64,000 bases of DNA, from IMG/VR virus record IMGVR_UViG_3300042569_001770; one strand, written 5' to 3'. This DNA comes from an uncultured virus (IMG/VR IMGVR_UViG_3300042569_001770). Lineage: Duplodnaviria; Heunggongvirae; Uroviricota; Caudoviricetes. Positions 16,743 through 27,517 of the stretch are shown piece after piece. Below the pieces are notes generated by a model. The model saw nothing but the letters and a program-made list of their open reading frames with translations, ran no database searches and was not told the DNA's origin. The stretch's first letter is position 1, and each line of letters starts with the position of its first letter. A program made the position numbers and the translations under genes.

Positions 16743-19700
16743 TTAAAACCCGTGTATACTACAAGGCATAGGCATTTCTACTCTGTTATTATAGTTAGCA
16801 TCATTAATGGTTTGTGCACAACTATATTGCGCATTATACCCCCAAGACCACACTTGACCTTGTTCGTCTGCAGCAGATACACCAGTTCCACTACTTTCCC
16901 CCCATAAATCAAAATCTACAAATTTGATATTACCGTTTTTTCTTGCGGGTGCAAATGTAGAACTTCTTACAGTACCGCCCCTACCAAGTTGCCCATAACC
17001 ATTATATCCACACAACCATAAGTTTCCATCGGATTTTAAAGCTCCGGTTGTGGCATAATCATATCCCAATAATTTGACTTTTATAATATCAGTCAATCCA
17101 GGATTAAAAGGGGTATTTCTTCGTGCTACGGTACCATCACCGCATTCCCCTTGTGAATTATATCCCCAGGTTCTTACAGTTCCGTCTGGCCTCAAAGCAA
17201 TGACAGACCTTCCACTCCATCCACACATAGACATATCTGTGTAAGTCAAACCACCACCTGCTAAAACCCAAGACTTAGCAGTATTACTATCACCATCAAA
17301 CACACCATTACCTATCCAACCATGATAATTGTTTCCTGCTGCGTATAACAAATTGGCATTGCTCAAATAAAATGAAGTAGCTCGAACTGAAGAATCATTA
17401 GCAACCCAACAATTTTTAACGTTAGTTGCTACCTGCTGCCAAGATGTATAATAATTATTCTGAGCATATGTTCTGCCTATACCAAAACACCCACTTTGAT
17501 TGCTTCCAGCCATAAACAATACACCATCTGATCTCAAAGCCATAGAAGACCCCCAACCACTTGTAGTTTCCTCTGCAGTTGTAGTTACTACTTTAGTGAA
17601 ACTACCCACCAAAACTCTTTTTGGTCTTGTTATATTAATCGTAGTACCATCTCCTAAATTACCTACACCATTATATCCCCAAGCATAAACACCATCTGTT
17701 TTTATAGCCAAACAGCATCCTACTCCCGTTCTGCCAACATTGGTAGCAAATGAAATAACTCCATCTGTAACATATTGCCATTCCAAAGTATCTGTAGTAC
17801 TACCACTTCCCAACTGACTATAACCATTATATCCAGTAGCCCAAATCTGCCCAGTGTTTGTCAAAACATACATTGATCTAGCTCCTAGATACACCTCTAC
17901 TACTTTTTCCCCATTATTCAAATTAGGTGTTATATTAGTAAAACCACCACCCAGATATGTATTTTGACCATCTACACATTTACCAAACCAATACCCAGCA
18001 GAATAGCCTGCAGCATACAAATTACCAATTTGATCTATAAAAACATTAGTCCTATAATAGGAACCTTCTCCACTACAACCATTCCAATTTCTAAACTTTG
18101 CCCATCTTCTAATAAATTGACCAGAATTACCCTCATGCCAAACTTTATTCCATTTGCTATTTCCATCATTGCCAGTGGCCCTATAGTAAATTTCGTTACT
18201 ATCGTTAAAAGCACCAGCAAACTGCATTGAATAATAATTTGAATCATTAGTATGAGAATTAGCCAGTAAATGATACCATCCAATGGTTGTTGTAGGCCAC
18301 CCATTAGCTATTGTGGGTGCAAATGTTTGAAAGAAACCACTATCTGTTCGAGTGTTAATAACATTTTTGGTACCGGCATGAAACCCGCTATCAGATTGGC
18401 CCAAGCGGCCTGTTAAAGTATCTCCAGACCTGATAACATATTTAGCATCTGCTTTGGTGTAAGCATTATTATCATGCCATATATCATAAGAAACATTACC
18501 CATACTCCAACCACCAATCTTTAGTTTATTATCAGTATCCAAACCAAACTTGACCGCATAAAGACCTGGGCGATGAAACGTCATATAAGCAGCATTACCA
18601 GTTCCGGATACAGATGATTGTTGTTCAAACATACCGCCAGATCCACCACCATTGATCCCTATAATACCTTCAGAACCTACAGCATTAATTTTACCATAGA
18701 ATGTAGAATAACCTGCACAAATAACCCCACCATCATTTTGTAATCTCAACCTTTCAGATCCACCAACACTAAATCTCAAATGACCCCCATCTGCGTACAA
18801 GCCCATTGAGGCTCCACCAAAACTTGGATTTAAAGATATAGCAGGAGTAACTGCAGTACCATTTGGAGTTGCAAATATTGCTCTACCGGATGAATCAAAT
18901 CTTAAACGCTCAGTACCAGAACCCCAGGTACCGGAATATATTCTTAAACAATCATCGGTCTCCACTCCGATGTGCCAATTTTTTGTAGTGGTATCACTAG
19001 CTCCTAATTGCAAAAATCCGTAAGCTGTATTTTGCCAACCTATACGAATCACACCGCCTCTTACATCCAATGCAGAACTAGCCCAAGGTGTGGAAGTATT
19101 TATACCTACTCTTCCGTTAGTGTCTATAGTCAACCTAGTGTTGGTTCGTAAATCATTAAACCAATTAGCTATTTTAAATTTATGCCCATCTGAAACATCT
19201 TGACCCCAACTGTAACCTATCACTCCTTCTCTATCAGTGCTATATATCATCTGTACATCTTGAGTAGAACTTATATGTACCCTCGAGTTTGTACCCGCCG
19301 CAGTTTCTCTTATATGTAGTCTTGCCGATGGATTAGTTGTCTCCCCAATACCTACGTTTCCTTTAATAATAGCACCACCAGTAGTAGGAGCCACTCCACC
19401 CCAACCAATAGTTAAACCACCCTGAGCACCTAGCAAACCAGATCCAGTCCATACATTTTTTTCATTGTATGTTCTAATCCAGGAGGTATCAGTCATGTGC
19501 CAACCACCACCATGTGTTTCACTATACCATCCCAGATTGCCAGCAGTTCTTAACCAACCATTTTGCACAAACACCTCTCCGTTAACATTTAATTTGTGAG
19601 TTAACGGTGCGGAATTGATTGATATATTGCCTGAAGATTTTTGTATATATAAGGCAGAACCGGTTGAACCACTTTGAACATTTGGATTAATGTAAAAATC

Positions 19701-22700
19701 AGAAGAGACGCTGCTAATACCTAACTCAAATCTACCAGTACCACCTTGAGAAAAGGTTTGATATGCAAAAGAACCAGTACTTGCCGCATCTATTCTTATA
19801 TTAGCATTGCCACCAGTAGAAGCAAAAAGTGCTGTTCCGTTTGCATCACTGTTAGCAGGGTCTACAACATGAAGTCTTTGTGTAGGTACAAGATTAAGTC
19901 CTATACCAACTCTGCCCTGATCTGTAAATGTTACAAGATCTGTTGTAGAATTTCCAGTTCTATTAGAAATAAGATATCGCCATCCGGTATTATCCCCTAT
20001 AAATAACCTTCCTATATTAGGTGAACTAAATCCTCCACTATAAATAGCTGAATTAAAAACCCTAGTAGGTAAATCTGCGTTGCCCAGTGATCTGATAGAT
20101 CCATTAACATCTAATTTTAATTGTGGGATTGTTGTTCCTATACCAAGATTACCAGTAGAAGTAAGGCGCATTCTTTCTGCTATACTATTAACCGTCCCCA
20201 CACTAGTTGTAAGGAATCTCATAAACGCTCCAGAATTTGAAGAAGTTTGATTTCCATCAGATATATATTGTATATCTGCCACCCCTCCATAACCTAGACC
20301 ATTATAAGAAGATCCATTCCAAACAAATCCTCTCCAAGAAGTTATTAAACCTCCATCTCCCATTGCTAATGGAGTATCTATAGTACCAGATACTCCGAAT
20401 GTTCTTGTTGTAGGATCTGTACCCACTACAGCTAAATGACCACCATCTCCTATGACATTTATTTTATATCCTAAAGACGTAACACTAGTATTTCCCTGTC
20501 CGAAATAAGAAGCTCCGTTAGAAGACAATCCTCCATTAATTGTTAAATTGTAATTTGGAGTTGATGTATTGATACCCACATTAGTTCCGTTGTCAAATAC
20601 TAAACTATTAACTAATTCATTTGACCCTTTGGCTTTGACTACATAATTGTGAGTAGGAGTACCACTTAAATAGGTTGCAACTGTATCCCAAGATCTTGGG
20701 TTAATATTTCTTTGTTGTAAAGTATTTTCGGAATGAATAATAACTGCATTAGTGGTTCCGGTTATTAAAGTTCCAACATTTAAATTGTCATCAGTTTTTA
20801 AAGTGTCTGTTGCACTTCTGTATATGTTAGTATCACCACCGATTACAATAGCATCTGCTACAGATGTTGCGTTAGGATAATTTACAGGACCCCCATTAAA
20901 AGTAAGTGTATCACTTGCATCTGATCCGAGAAATACGTTACCAGAAACAGATAAATTACCTAAAGTGTTTATATTACCAGAAGCAGACAAATTACCAAAG
21001 GTTGTTAAATTTTGTTGTACTATTAAATTATCATCAGTTCTTAAAGTATCTGCCGTGCTTCTGTAAAGATTGGTATCTCCATTACCAAAAGTTAATCTAT
21101 CATTTAACAATAAGTTAACACCAGAAGCTGGTCCGTTAATTGTAAAAACATATGGTGAAGGAACAAAGTTTGTATTTACCCCTACACCTTGATTTGTTAC
21201 AAACAATCGTGGTGATCCCATGGAATAAAATTCGGCTACATTGTAATTTCCTAAAAAGTTACGTTGATCACAATATAAAACAGCACTAGTTTGCAAATAA
21301 TTGACTAACCTAGCGACCCATTCTGTGGTAACTAAAGTATCTATTGATGTAATGTTACCACTAGCAGAAACGTTACCTTTTACTGTTAAATTGCCAGTAA
21401 AAAAAGAACGAGGTAAATATGCCGTATCACTTTCGGAAGCAATAACATCTTTAACGTTAATCATTGTAACGTTACTAAAATTACCCACTTTATTACCAGT
21501 TCCGCCTATAAACAATGAATTATTTGATACCTCATTGTTTATACCACCTATAGAAGTAGAATTACTACCTATTTTATTACCAGTACCTCCTACAGAAATT
21601 ATGTTTTGTCCGGCTGTAGTATCTAAAATGTCGTTAGAACCTGTAACATTTTTACCACCAATAATTAAAGTATTTGTAGCATTAATATTAACATTGTCTC
21701 CACCAACAGCTATAGACCTAGATTGAGGAATGGTAATATTATTACCACCTAAACTAACAGAATTGTTTGCAGCTGCAATGGTATTACCTTGTACAATAAG
21801 AGAACTTACTGTGGCAGAACTAGACCTACTGTTTATAACCGTAGATCCACCAGAAGAAAAATTATTAAATCCTAATATATCTATGGAACTAACAGCAACT
21901 ATATTATTAGTTCCTAGTATTTCTATGGAACTAGAAGAAACCTTTACATTGTTTGATATTAAACCTAAACTATTACCCAATAAAGTAGAGTTAATATTAT
22001 TAATAGATATAGAATTGGAACTTACTGTGGTATTTGTATTATAAACACCTAAAGAATTTCCTCTCAAATTGACATTGTCACTTTTGCCAATAGATATAGA
22101 ACCAGTTGATACTACAGAATTTGTAGTAAACGCAGCAAAACTATTATCCGTTAATCGGGAGTTAGAGGTATTTATTGCTAAGGAACTTAGACGTAAAATA
22201 TTATTATTACCACCGTATCCGAAAGAATTAGTTTGTACTATACTTTCATTTTCTAAAATAGCTAAAGATTTACCATCTACAGATGTGTTATATATATTAA
22301 CAGCCACACCATTATTTTTTACTTGAGACCAATCAGATAATACAGCAACACCACGAGTAGTTACAGTATTATTTTGTCCCAATATACTAATAGAACTTAC
22401 AGAAGCTGTGTTACTATCACCTAACACATTTAAAGAATCACTATTCAACGTATTGTTAGAACCTTCTACGTTAATAGAATTTTTTATAGTATTGTTTTTA
22501 CCACTTATTGATAAACCACTAGATAATTGTGTATTTTCTGTATAAAAAGACAAAGAATTATTTTGTGATATGTTATTATCTCCAAAAAACGATATAGAAC
22601 TAGCACTTAAATTACTATTTTTTGAGTTTACACTTACACTATTTTGTGTAAGATAATTATTTTCTCCATTTACAACTAATGAGGCAGATAAGGTATTATT

Positions 22701-22976
22701 GGTACCTTGAAATAATATAGAATTGTCTGACAAAGAATTGTTAGATCCTTTTAATAAGAACGAATCTGATAAAATATTATATTCTCCACCGAATAAAATA
22801 GAATTACTTGAAACGGTATTATTATTACCTTGAAAAGTTAAAGAGGAGGCTCCTATTGTATTACTTCTTCCCAAAAGAGCCACAGCATCACCACTTAAAC
22901 TATTAGTAATGCCACAAATTCTTGATTCATTTTTTACTGTATCAATTAATAATCCCTCACTGTTAATATATTGCAT
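16743..22976 (-). CDS. long tail fibre / receptor-binding protein with a beta-solenoid N-terminus and C-terminal RCC1 repeats
   Basis: N/S/G-rich 14-15-aa repeats, repeated GNVGI(G/N)T and ERMRL fibre motifs, GWLRT..GW....GGGW.MTD..WIR, and (W/T)GYNGYGQLG RCC1 motifs. Confidence 0.85.
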   Translation of the reverse strand: MQYINSEGLLIDTVKNESRICGITNSLSGDAVALLGRSNTIGASSLTFQGNNNTVSSNSILFGGEYNILSDSFLLKGSNNSLSDNSILFQGTNNTLSASLVVNGENNYLTQNSVSVNSKNSNLSASSISFFGDNNISQNNSLSFYTENTQLSSGLSISGKNNTIKNSINVEGSNNTLNSDSLNVLGDSNTASVSSISILGQNNTVTTRGVAVLSDWSQVKNNGVAVNIYNTSVDGKSLAILENESIVQTNSFGYGGNNNILRLSSLAINTSNSRLTDNSFAAFTTNSVVSTGSISIGKSDNVNLRGNSLGVYNTNTTVSSNSISINNINSTLLGNSLGLISNNVKVSSSSIEILGTNNIVAVSSIDILGFNNFSSGGSTVINSRSSSATVSSLIVQGNTIAAANNSVSLGGNNITIPQSRSIAVGGDNVNINATNTLIIGGKNVTGSNDILDTTAGQNIISVGGTGNKIGSNSTSIGGINNEVSNNSLFIGGTGNKVGNFSNVTMINVKDVIASESDTAYLPRSFFTGNLTVKGNVSASGNITSIDTLVTTEWVARLVNYLQTSAVLYCDQRNFLGNYNVAEFYSMGSPRLFVTNQGVGVNTNFVPSPYVFTINGPASGVNLLLNDRLTFGNGDTNLYRSTADTLRTDDNLIVQQNLTTFGNLSASGNINTLGNLSVSGNVFLGSDASDTLTFNGGPVNYPNATSVADAIVIGGDTNIYRSATDTLKTDDNLNVGTLITGTTNAVIIHSENTLQQRNINPRSWDTVATYLSGTPTHNYVVKAKGSNELVNSLVFDNGTNVGINTSTPNYNLTINGGLSSNGASYFGQGNTSVTSLGYKINVIGDGGHLAVVGTDPTTRTFGVSGTIDTPLAMGDGGLITSWRGFVWNGSSYNGLGYGGVADIQYISDGNQTSSNSGAFMRFLTTSVGTVNSIAERMRLTSTGNLGIGTTIPQLKLDVNGSIRSLGNADLPTRVFNSAIYSGGFSSPNIGRLFIGDNTGWRYLISNRTGNSTTDLVTFTDQGRVGIGLNLVPTQRLHVVDPANSDANGTALFASTGGNANIRIDAASTGSFAYQTFSQGGTGRFELGISSVSSDFYINPNVQSGSTGSALYIQKSSGNISINSAPLTHKLNVNGEVFVQNGWLRTAGNLGWYSETHGGGWHMTDTSWIRTYNEKNVWTGSGLLGAQGGLTIGWGGVAPTTGGAIIKGNVGIGETTNPSARLHIRETAAGTNSRVHISSTQDVQMIYSTDREGVIGYSWGQDVSDGHKFKIANWFNDLRTNTRLTIDTNGRVGINTSTPWASSALDVRGGVIRIGWQNTAYGFLQLGASDTTTKNWHIGVETDDCLRIYSGTWGSGTERLRFDSSGRAIFATPNGTAVTPAISLNPSFGGASMGLYADGGHLRFSVGGSERLRLQNDGGVICAGYSTFYGKINAVGSEGIIGINGGGSGGMFEQQSSVSGTGNAAYMTFHRPGLYAVKFGLDTDNKLKIGGWSMGNVSYDIWHDNNAYTKADAKYVIRSGDTLTGRLGQSDSGFHAGTKNVINTRTDSGFFQTFAPTIANGWPTTTIGWYHLLANSHTNDSNYYSMQFAGAFNDSNEIYYRATGNDGNSKWNKVWHEGNSGQFIRRWAKFRNWNGCSGEGSYYRTNVFIDQIGNLYAAGYSAGYWFGKCVDGQNTYLGGGFTNITPNLNNGEKVVEVYLGARSMYVLTNTGQIWATGYNGYSQLGSGSTTDTLEWQYVTDGVISFATNVGRTGVGCCLAIKTDGVYAWGYNGVGNLGDGTTINITRPKRVLVGSFTKVVTTTAEETTSGWGSSMALRSDGVLFMAGSNQSGCFGIGRTYAQNNYYTSWQQVATNVKNCWVANDSSVRATSFYLSNANLLYAAGNNYHGWIGNGVFDGDSNTAKSWVLAGGGLTYTDMSMCGWSGRSVIALRPDGTVRTWGYNSQGECGDGTVARRNTPFNPGLTDIIKVKLLGYDYATTGALKSDGNLWLCGYNGYGQLGRGGTVRSSTFAPARKNGNIKFVDFDLWGESSGTGVSAADEQGQVWSWGYNAQYSCAQTINDANYNNRVEMPMPCSIHGF

Positions 22977-23018
22977 AACTTATACTATATTTATCCCTTG
23001 TAGGACTAATTATATTAA

Positions 23019-23363
23019 ATGAAATTTTCAGATTTATATAATAACACGGCTAAAAATTTAAATTTAATATTAGCAGAACAAGATTTAGAAGTAGCAAATG
23101 TTCAACCTGTAGTAGATACAGAAGAAACCAAGTCTATATCTGCTCCAGATATATCCCAATTGGATATAGAAGAAGAAAAAGCTCAAAAAGTTGTGTGGAT
23201 TGAAAAAATAGTTAAATTATTAACTTTATTAAACAGAGAAGATAATAACGTTGAACAATTAATAAATAATTTGACAGAGAAAGATACTAATGCAGATACA
23301 TTGAATCAAAAAGAAAAAATCATAAATGATTTAATTTCTACTATTAATCCCACCACCAAATAG
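23019..23363 (+). CDS. hypothetical protein (possible internal head protein)
   Basis: N-terminus MKFSDLY...LILAEQ; TAATTA upstream. Confidence 0.6.
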   Translation: MKFSDLYNNTAKNLNLILAEQDLEVANVQPVVDTEETKSISAPDISQLDIEEEKAQKVVWIEKIVKLLTLLNREDNNVEQLINNLTEKDTNADTLNQKEKIINDLISTINPTTK

Positions 23364-23397
23364 TGATTAAATAAAAAAATAGGTTATTATTTGCTTT

Positions 23398-23676
23398 ATG
23401 CAAATAAATCTAAAATTAGACAAAATAGATTTACAATATATCTTAGAGGCTTTATTATTTGCGTCTTGCTGTGACGTTTGCGGTGATTGGTATCAAGAAG
23501 ATTTTGTAAAATTAACAGAAATAGCTAAAAAAATTAAATTTGAATATCCAGATTTGACAGCTCAAAATGTTTTTATACACAATCCTATGTTATCAGATCA
23601 AATACACGGTATAGACAGTCTCACACCGGATATAATTCAAAATTTTCCAGAAATTTTAAAAGAAAATATTATATGA
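23398..23676 (+). CDS. hypothetical protein
   Basis: 92 aa with CCDVC; promoter-like GTGATT-N16-TATTAT at 23363..23390. Confidence 0.6.
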   Translation: MQINLKLDKIDLQYILEALLFASCCDVCGDWYQEDFVKLTEIAKKIKFEYPDLTAQNVFIHNPMLSDQIHGIDSLTPDIIQNFPEILKENII

Positions 23677-24311
23677 AAATAGCAATCTCGGGTACCGCAT
23701 GTGTTGGTAAAACAACATACATAAAGGATTTTTTAAATAATTGGCCTATGTTTGAGACACCTAAAGACTCTTATAGGAATGTCTTAAAAGAAAAAAATTT
23801 ACCTCATAGTAGTTTGGGAACAGAAGAATCTCAAAAAATTATATTAAATTATTTAGTTGACCAAGCTATCGAAGCTTCTAAAAAAGAACACGTAATATTA
23901 GACCGTTGTGTATTTGATAATTTTGTTTATACCTCTTGGTTGTATCTAAATGGAAAAGTTTCAGAAAAATTTTTAGAAGAAAGCAGAACTTTAACCAGAG
24001 AGACATTAAAATTATATGATGTTATATTTTTTATTCCTTTGACTAAAGTAGCTCCAGTAAAATTGGTAGAAGATGATCTAAGAGAAGTTGATCCAGTTTA
24101 CAGAGAAGAAATTGATAATATATTCAAAGCTTATATGGGATCATATCTTAAATCAGATGGTAAAGTATTTCCAAGTGAAGATTGCCCAGCTGTAATTGAA
24201 ATTTTTGGCAATCCTCAAGAAAGAATCAAACTTACAGAATTATATATTACCCCAGAAGGCAAACCATTTGGAGAAGATCAAAGTTTAATTTCTGACATAT
24301 ATACAGGGTAA
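23673..24311 (+). CDS. P-loop nucleotide kinase-like ATPase (AAA_28/NadR or dNMP-kinase type)
   Basis: Motifs IAISGTACVGKTT, LDRCVFD and YDVIFFIP. Confidence 0.8.
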   Translation: MKIAISGTACVGKTTYIKDFLNNWPMFETPKDSYRNVLKEKNLPHSSLGTEESQKIILNYLVDQAIEASKKEHVILDRCVFDNFVYTSWLYLNGKVSEKFLEESRTLTRETLKLYDVIFFIPLTKVAPVKLVEDDLREVDPVYREEIDNIFKAYMGSYLKSDGKVFPSEDCPAVIEIFGNPQERIKLTELYITPEGKPFGEDQSLISDIYTG

Positions 24312-24320
24312 ATATAATAA

Positions 24321-25175
24321 ATGAAAAGATTACAATTTGATTTATTAGTAGAAAATATTTTATTAGCAGAAGGTTCAACTCCTAAAGCAGAACTTTTTCA
24401 AAACAAAAAATTCAATTTAACCAAATTCAAAGACAAAGCAGAAGAAGCAAAAGAAGCTATGAAAATGCTTGCTGGTGCTAAGTGGCTAGGCGGAATTAAT
24501 GTTGAAAAAATTGAAACTGTATTTAATAATCTAATTGAAAATCTCGGTGAGGAACCAATCACTTATTCAGATTTAGTTACTATAATTGACAATTCTATGC
24601 GTAATTCTTTTACTCGTCAAGATTTAAGAGTAAAATGGGGGCGTCAATTCAGAAACATGTTTGAAAGATTGAATGACATTCAAGAAACAGAAGAAAATCC
24701 ACTCAGAAAAGAACAACCAACAGCAGAAGTTTCTACGGTTGAAGGAGAAGTTTCTGATACAGGAGATAATATTCCAACCACAAAACCAACAGTATCTACT
24801 CCAGCCGAAGCTCCTAAAGAATCTTTAGATTTGGTGTCTAAACGATTTTGGGAAAAGATTTTAGGTGAAGGTGAATATTCCAGACCAGAGTTGACAAGAA
24901 TGATGATTGAAGACAATCCTGATATTGAGGAAAGTGATTCGACTATGAAAGTGTCAGATCTTATAATGTCTGGTTATTTGAAGAAAACATCAAGCGGAAA
25001 TTATGAAGCTGTTGATCCTTCAGAAGAAAGCGAAAATAAAGAAGAAGAAGAAGGTGAAGGGTCTGGTGAAATTTCTACTATAGATCCGGATGAGTTGCCA
25101 GATTTTGGTTCAGAATTTGATGATTCATCCTATACAAGTTCTTTAGATGATGAAGGTAGACCATTTAATGCCTAA
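24321..25175 (+). CDS. acidic hypothetical protein (possible internal head protein)
   Basis: TAAATA upstream, N-terminal ILLAE, acidic disordered C-terminus. Confidence 0.65.
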   Translation: MKRLQFDLLVENILLAEGSTPKAELFQNKKFNLTKFKDKAEEAKEAMKMLAGAKWLGGINVEKIETVFNNLIENLGEEPITYSDLVTIIDNSMRNSFTRQDLRVKWGRQFRNMFERLNDIQETEENPLRKEQPTAEVSTVEGEVSDTGDNIPTTKPTVSTPAEAPKESLDLVSKRFWEKILGEGEYSRPELTRMMIEDNPDIEESDSTMKVSDLIMSGYLKKTSSGNYEAVDPSEESENKEEEEGEGSGEISTIDPDELPDFGSEFDDSSYTSSLDDEGRPFNA

Positions 25176-25203
25176 TTGATTTTTTTAAAAAACCAATTAT
25201 AAT
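25176..25203 (+). promoter_or_regulatory. sigma70-like promoter TTGATT-N16-TATAAT
   Basis: Lies 6 nt before the primase GTG. Confidence 0.65.
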
Positions 25204-25209
25204 TTAGGT

Positions 25210-26166
25210 GTGATAAAAATACCTGAATCTTATTTATTAAATAAATTTTATTCTTATAGTCATGAACCTTCATTTAAAAAATATGAAGGAACCTATAATG
25301 CCGGTTGTCCGGTTTGTAGAGAGGGTAAAAGTTTAGGTAAAAAGAAAAGACTTTTTTACTATCCAAAAACCCAATCTTTTTATTGTTTTAATTGCAATAA
25401 ATCATGGAATGGGTTGTCATGGTTAACAGATGTAACTGGTATGTCTATACCAGAAATCAAGACAGAAATATCTACACAAAAAAATTCTTTTGAGATAGAC
25501 ATAAAAAAACAATTGCCTTCTTCAAAAAGAATATTGGCAGATTTACCATACGATAGTATTAATTTAAACGATCCTCTTCAGTTAAGTTTTTATCAAAAAA
25601 ATGAATTAATTGACAAAGCTTTAAATTATATAAGAGGCAGAAAATTAGACACAGCAATTAATAAATCTAAAAATTTATTTTTGAGTTTAAAAGATTTTAT
25701 ACACAAAGACCGTTTATGTATACCGTTTTATGATGAAAACAAAAAAATAATATTTTATCAAACCAGATGTTTGGATGATTCTCAACCTCGATATTTAGGC
25801 AAACAAAATTCAGAAAAAACTATTTTTAATATAGAAAAGATAGACCCTTCTTTAGATTATATATTTCTGTTAGAAGGGCCTATAGATGCTATGTTTATTA
25901 AAAACGGAGTTGGTGTTGCGGGTATAAATTTAACTAATTTACAAAAAGAACAACTTTCAAGATATCCGTTACATCAAAGGATTTGGGTATTAGATAATCC
26001 TAGAATAGATTCTACATCCAACAACAAAATACAAGAATTAATATCAAAAGAGGAAAAGGTATTTTGCTGGAACAATCAATATAAAGATTTAAATGAATGG
26101 TGCGTTTCAGAAAACATCAATGAAATACAACCAGATATTATTTTAAATTCTTTATATAAGAATTAA
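25210..26166 (+). CDS. gp61: T4 gp61-like DNA primase
   Basis: Zn finger CPVC...CFNC, RLCIPF, Toprim EGPIDAMF and KDLNE. Confidence 0.92.
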   Translation: MIKIPESYLLNKFYSYSHEPSFKKYEGTYNAGCPVCREGKSLGKKKRLFYYPKTQSFYCFNCNKSWNGLSWLTDVTGMSIPEIKTEISTQKNSFEIDIKKQLPSSKRILADLPYDSINLNDPLQLSFYQKNELIDKALNYIRGRKLDTAINKSKNLFLSLKDFIHKDRLCIPFYDENKKIIFYQTRCLDDSQPRYLGKQNSEKTIFNIEKIDPSLDYIFLLEGPIDAMFIKNGVGVAGINLTNLQKEQLSRYPLHQRIWVLDNPRIDSTSNNKIQELISKEEKVFCWNNQYKDLNEWCVSENINEIQPDIILNSLYKN

Positions 26167-26750
26167 GCATTAACCGACAATTGCTCCTGGTCTCTCATCT
26201 TTTTAGGAGCCATAATAATAAAAGAATTTAAAACTTCTTTTAATTTTTCTATTTCACCAGCAGTGCGGGTAATATTATCTGAAGTTTTACGCGTGACACC
26301 CCTTAAAAGTGAACCCGGTCTATCATTGTTAGCTAAAACATTATGCAGACTTTCTGGATTTTGAGGATCATTTAAAAAAGAAGCAAATTCATCTAATTTT
26401 TGGGAAATTTCATTAATTTTTTTAATATTTTCAACGTGTACTGCGGTGGAAACACCTTCAACATCATATTGGTCATTAGGTGTTTGCTTCTCCAAAGACT
26501 TTTCAAAATCTTCCTTGTTTTTTTCTGGAGTAAAATCTCCGGGGGTAGTTTCTTGGGCCGGCACTTCGACATCTTCTTGCTCCTTTATTAAACTAGATAT
26601 AAAATGACGAGCAAATATATTAGCAGCTTCTCCTATATTACATCTCATATTTTGTTTTAAAATACGAGCGACTTCTTTTTTGGTTTTAGGATCCATAGCA
26701 GGTATATTTGATTTTGTAGATTTAAACTTTGATTTTTTCCTAGTTTTCAT
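26163..26750 (-). CDS. hypothetical protein
   Basis: 195-aa ORF with TAAATA/TAAGTA upstream on the minus strand. Confidence 0.65.
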   Translation of the reverse strand: MKTRKKSKFKSTKSNIPAMDPKTKKEVARILKQNMRCNIGEAANIFARHFISSLIKEQEDVEVPAQETTPGDFTPEKNKEDFEKSLEKQTPNDQYDVEGVSTAVHVENIKKINEISQKLDEFASFLNDPQNPESLHNVLANNDRPGSLLRGVTRKTSDNITRTAGEIEKLKEVLNSFIIMAPKKMRDQEQLSVNA

Positions 26751-26756
26751 TATAAT
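26729..26756 (+). promoter_or_regulatory. sigma70-like promoter TTGATT-N16-TATAAT upstream of queC
   Basis: Direct reading of the sequence. Confidence 0.6.
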
Positions 26757-26778
26757 ATCTATACTTATATTTACCTTT

Positions 26779-27516
26779 ATGGATCAAGAAAAAACTAAAA
26801 ATTGTGTACTATTGTATAGTGGTGGCATGGATAGTATGGTTTTATTGCATCAAGCTTTAGAAAAATATGATAAAATTTATATTTTATCATTTGATTATAA
26901 TCAAAGACATAAAAAAGAAATCATTTTGGCCAAAGAATATATAGAGCTTATTAGCAATTCTACAAACAAAATTAAATCCTATAATGTAGTAAATCTAGGA
27001 TTTTACAGTGAATTAGCATCCACATCTTCACTAACTAATAAAAATATTGATGTACCTAAAATGAAAGATATTATAGGACATCCACAAAGTGTTACATATG
27101 TACCCAATAGAAACATGGTTATGTTATCTATTGCTGCCGGTTATGCAGAATCTGTCAAAGCCTCAGACGTACTAACAGCTGTAGTAGCTTTGGATAATTT
27201 GTCTGGTTATTGGGATACTACACCAGAATTTGTTAATGGGTTTAATAATGTAATACACTTGAATCGCATGAATAATATTACCATTCAATCTCCTTTGGTT
27301 GATATGTCTAAAGAAGACATCATCAAGGAAGGGGTAAAATTGGGTGCTGATTTTTCTAAATCTTGGACTTGTTATGAGGGATTAGAAGAAGCATGTGGTG
27401 TATGTCCTAGTTGTTCTGGGAGATTGGCTGGTTTCGTAAAAGCCGGATATAAAGATCCGATAAAATATCAAACTCAGATTGATTGGCAAAAGTATAATTG
27501 TGTTGATATAAAATAA
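26779..27516 (+). CDS. queC: 7-cyano-7-deazaguanine synthase QueC family protein
   Basis: PP-loop YSGGMDS, FDYNQRH..E, TYVPNRN, SWTCY and CGVCPSC. The ATG at 26779 is in frame with the track ORF. Confidence 0.92.
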   Translation: MDQEKTKNCVLLYSGGMDSMVLLHQALEKYDKIYILSFDYNQRHKKEIILAKEYIELISNSTNKIKSYNVVNLGFYSELASTSSLTNKNIDVPKMKDIIGHPQSVTYVPNRNMVMLSIAAGYAESVKASDVLTAVVALDNLSGYWDTTPEFVNGFNNVIHLNRMNNITIQSPLVDMSKEDIIKEGVKLGADFSKSWTCYEGLEEACGVCPSCSGRLAGFVKAGYKDPIKYQTQIDWQKYNCVDIK

Positions 27517-27517
27517 T

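Noticed and set aside
26680..26778. Hydrophobic N-terminal extension making QueC a membrane protein
   Set aside because: It is an upstream in-frame extension overlapping the divergent gene and the promoter. The ATG at 26779 gives a normal-length QueC.
26779..27516. QatABCD or type IV CBASS defence system
   Set aside because: No KAP-family ATPase, TatD, cyclase or TGT-like neighbour is present. The context is phage replication genes.
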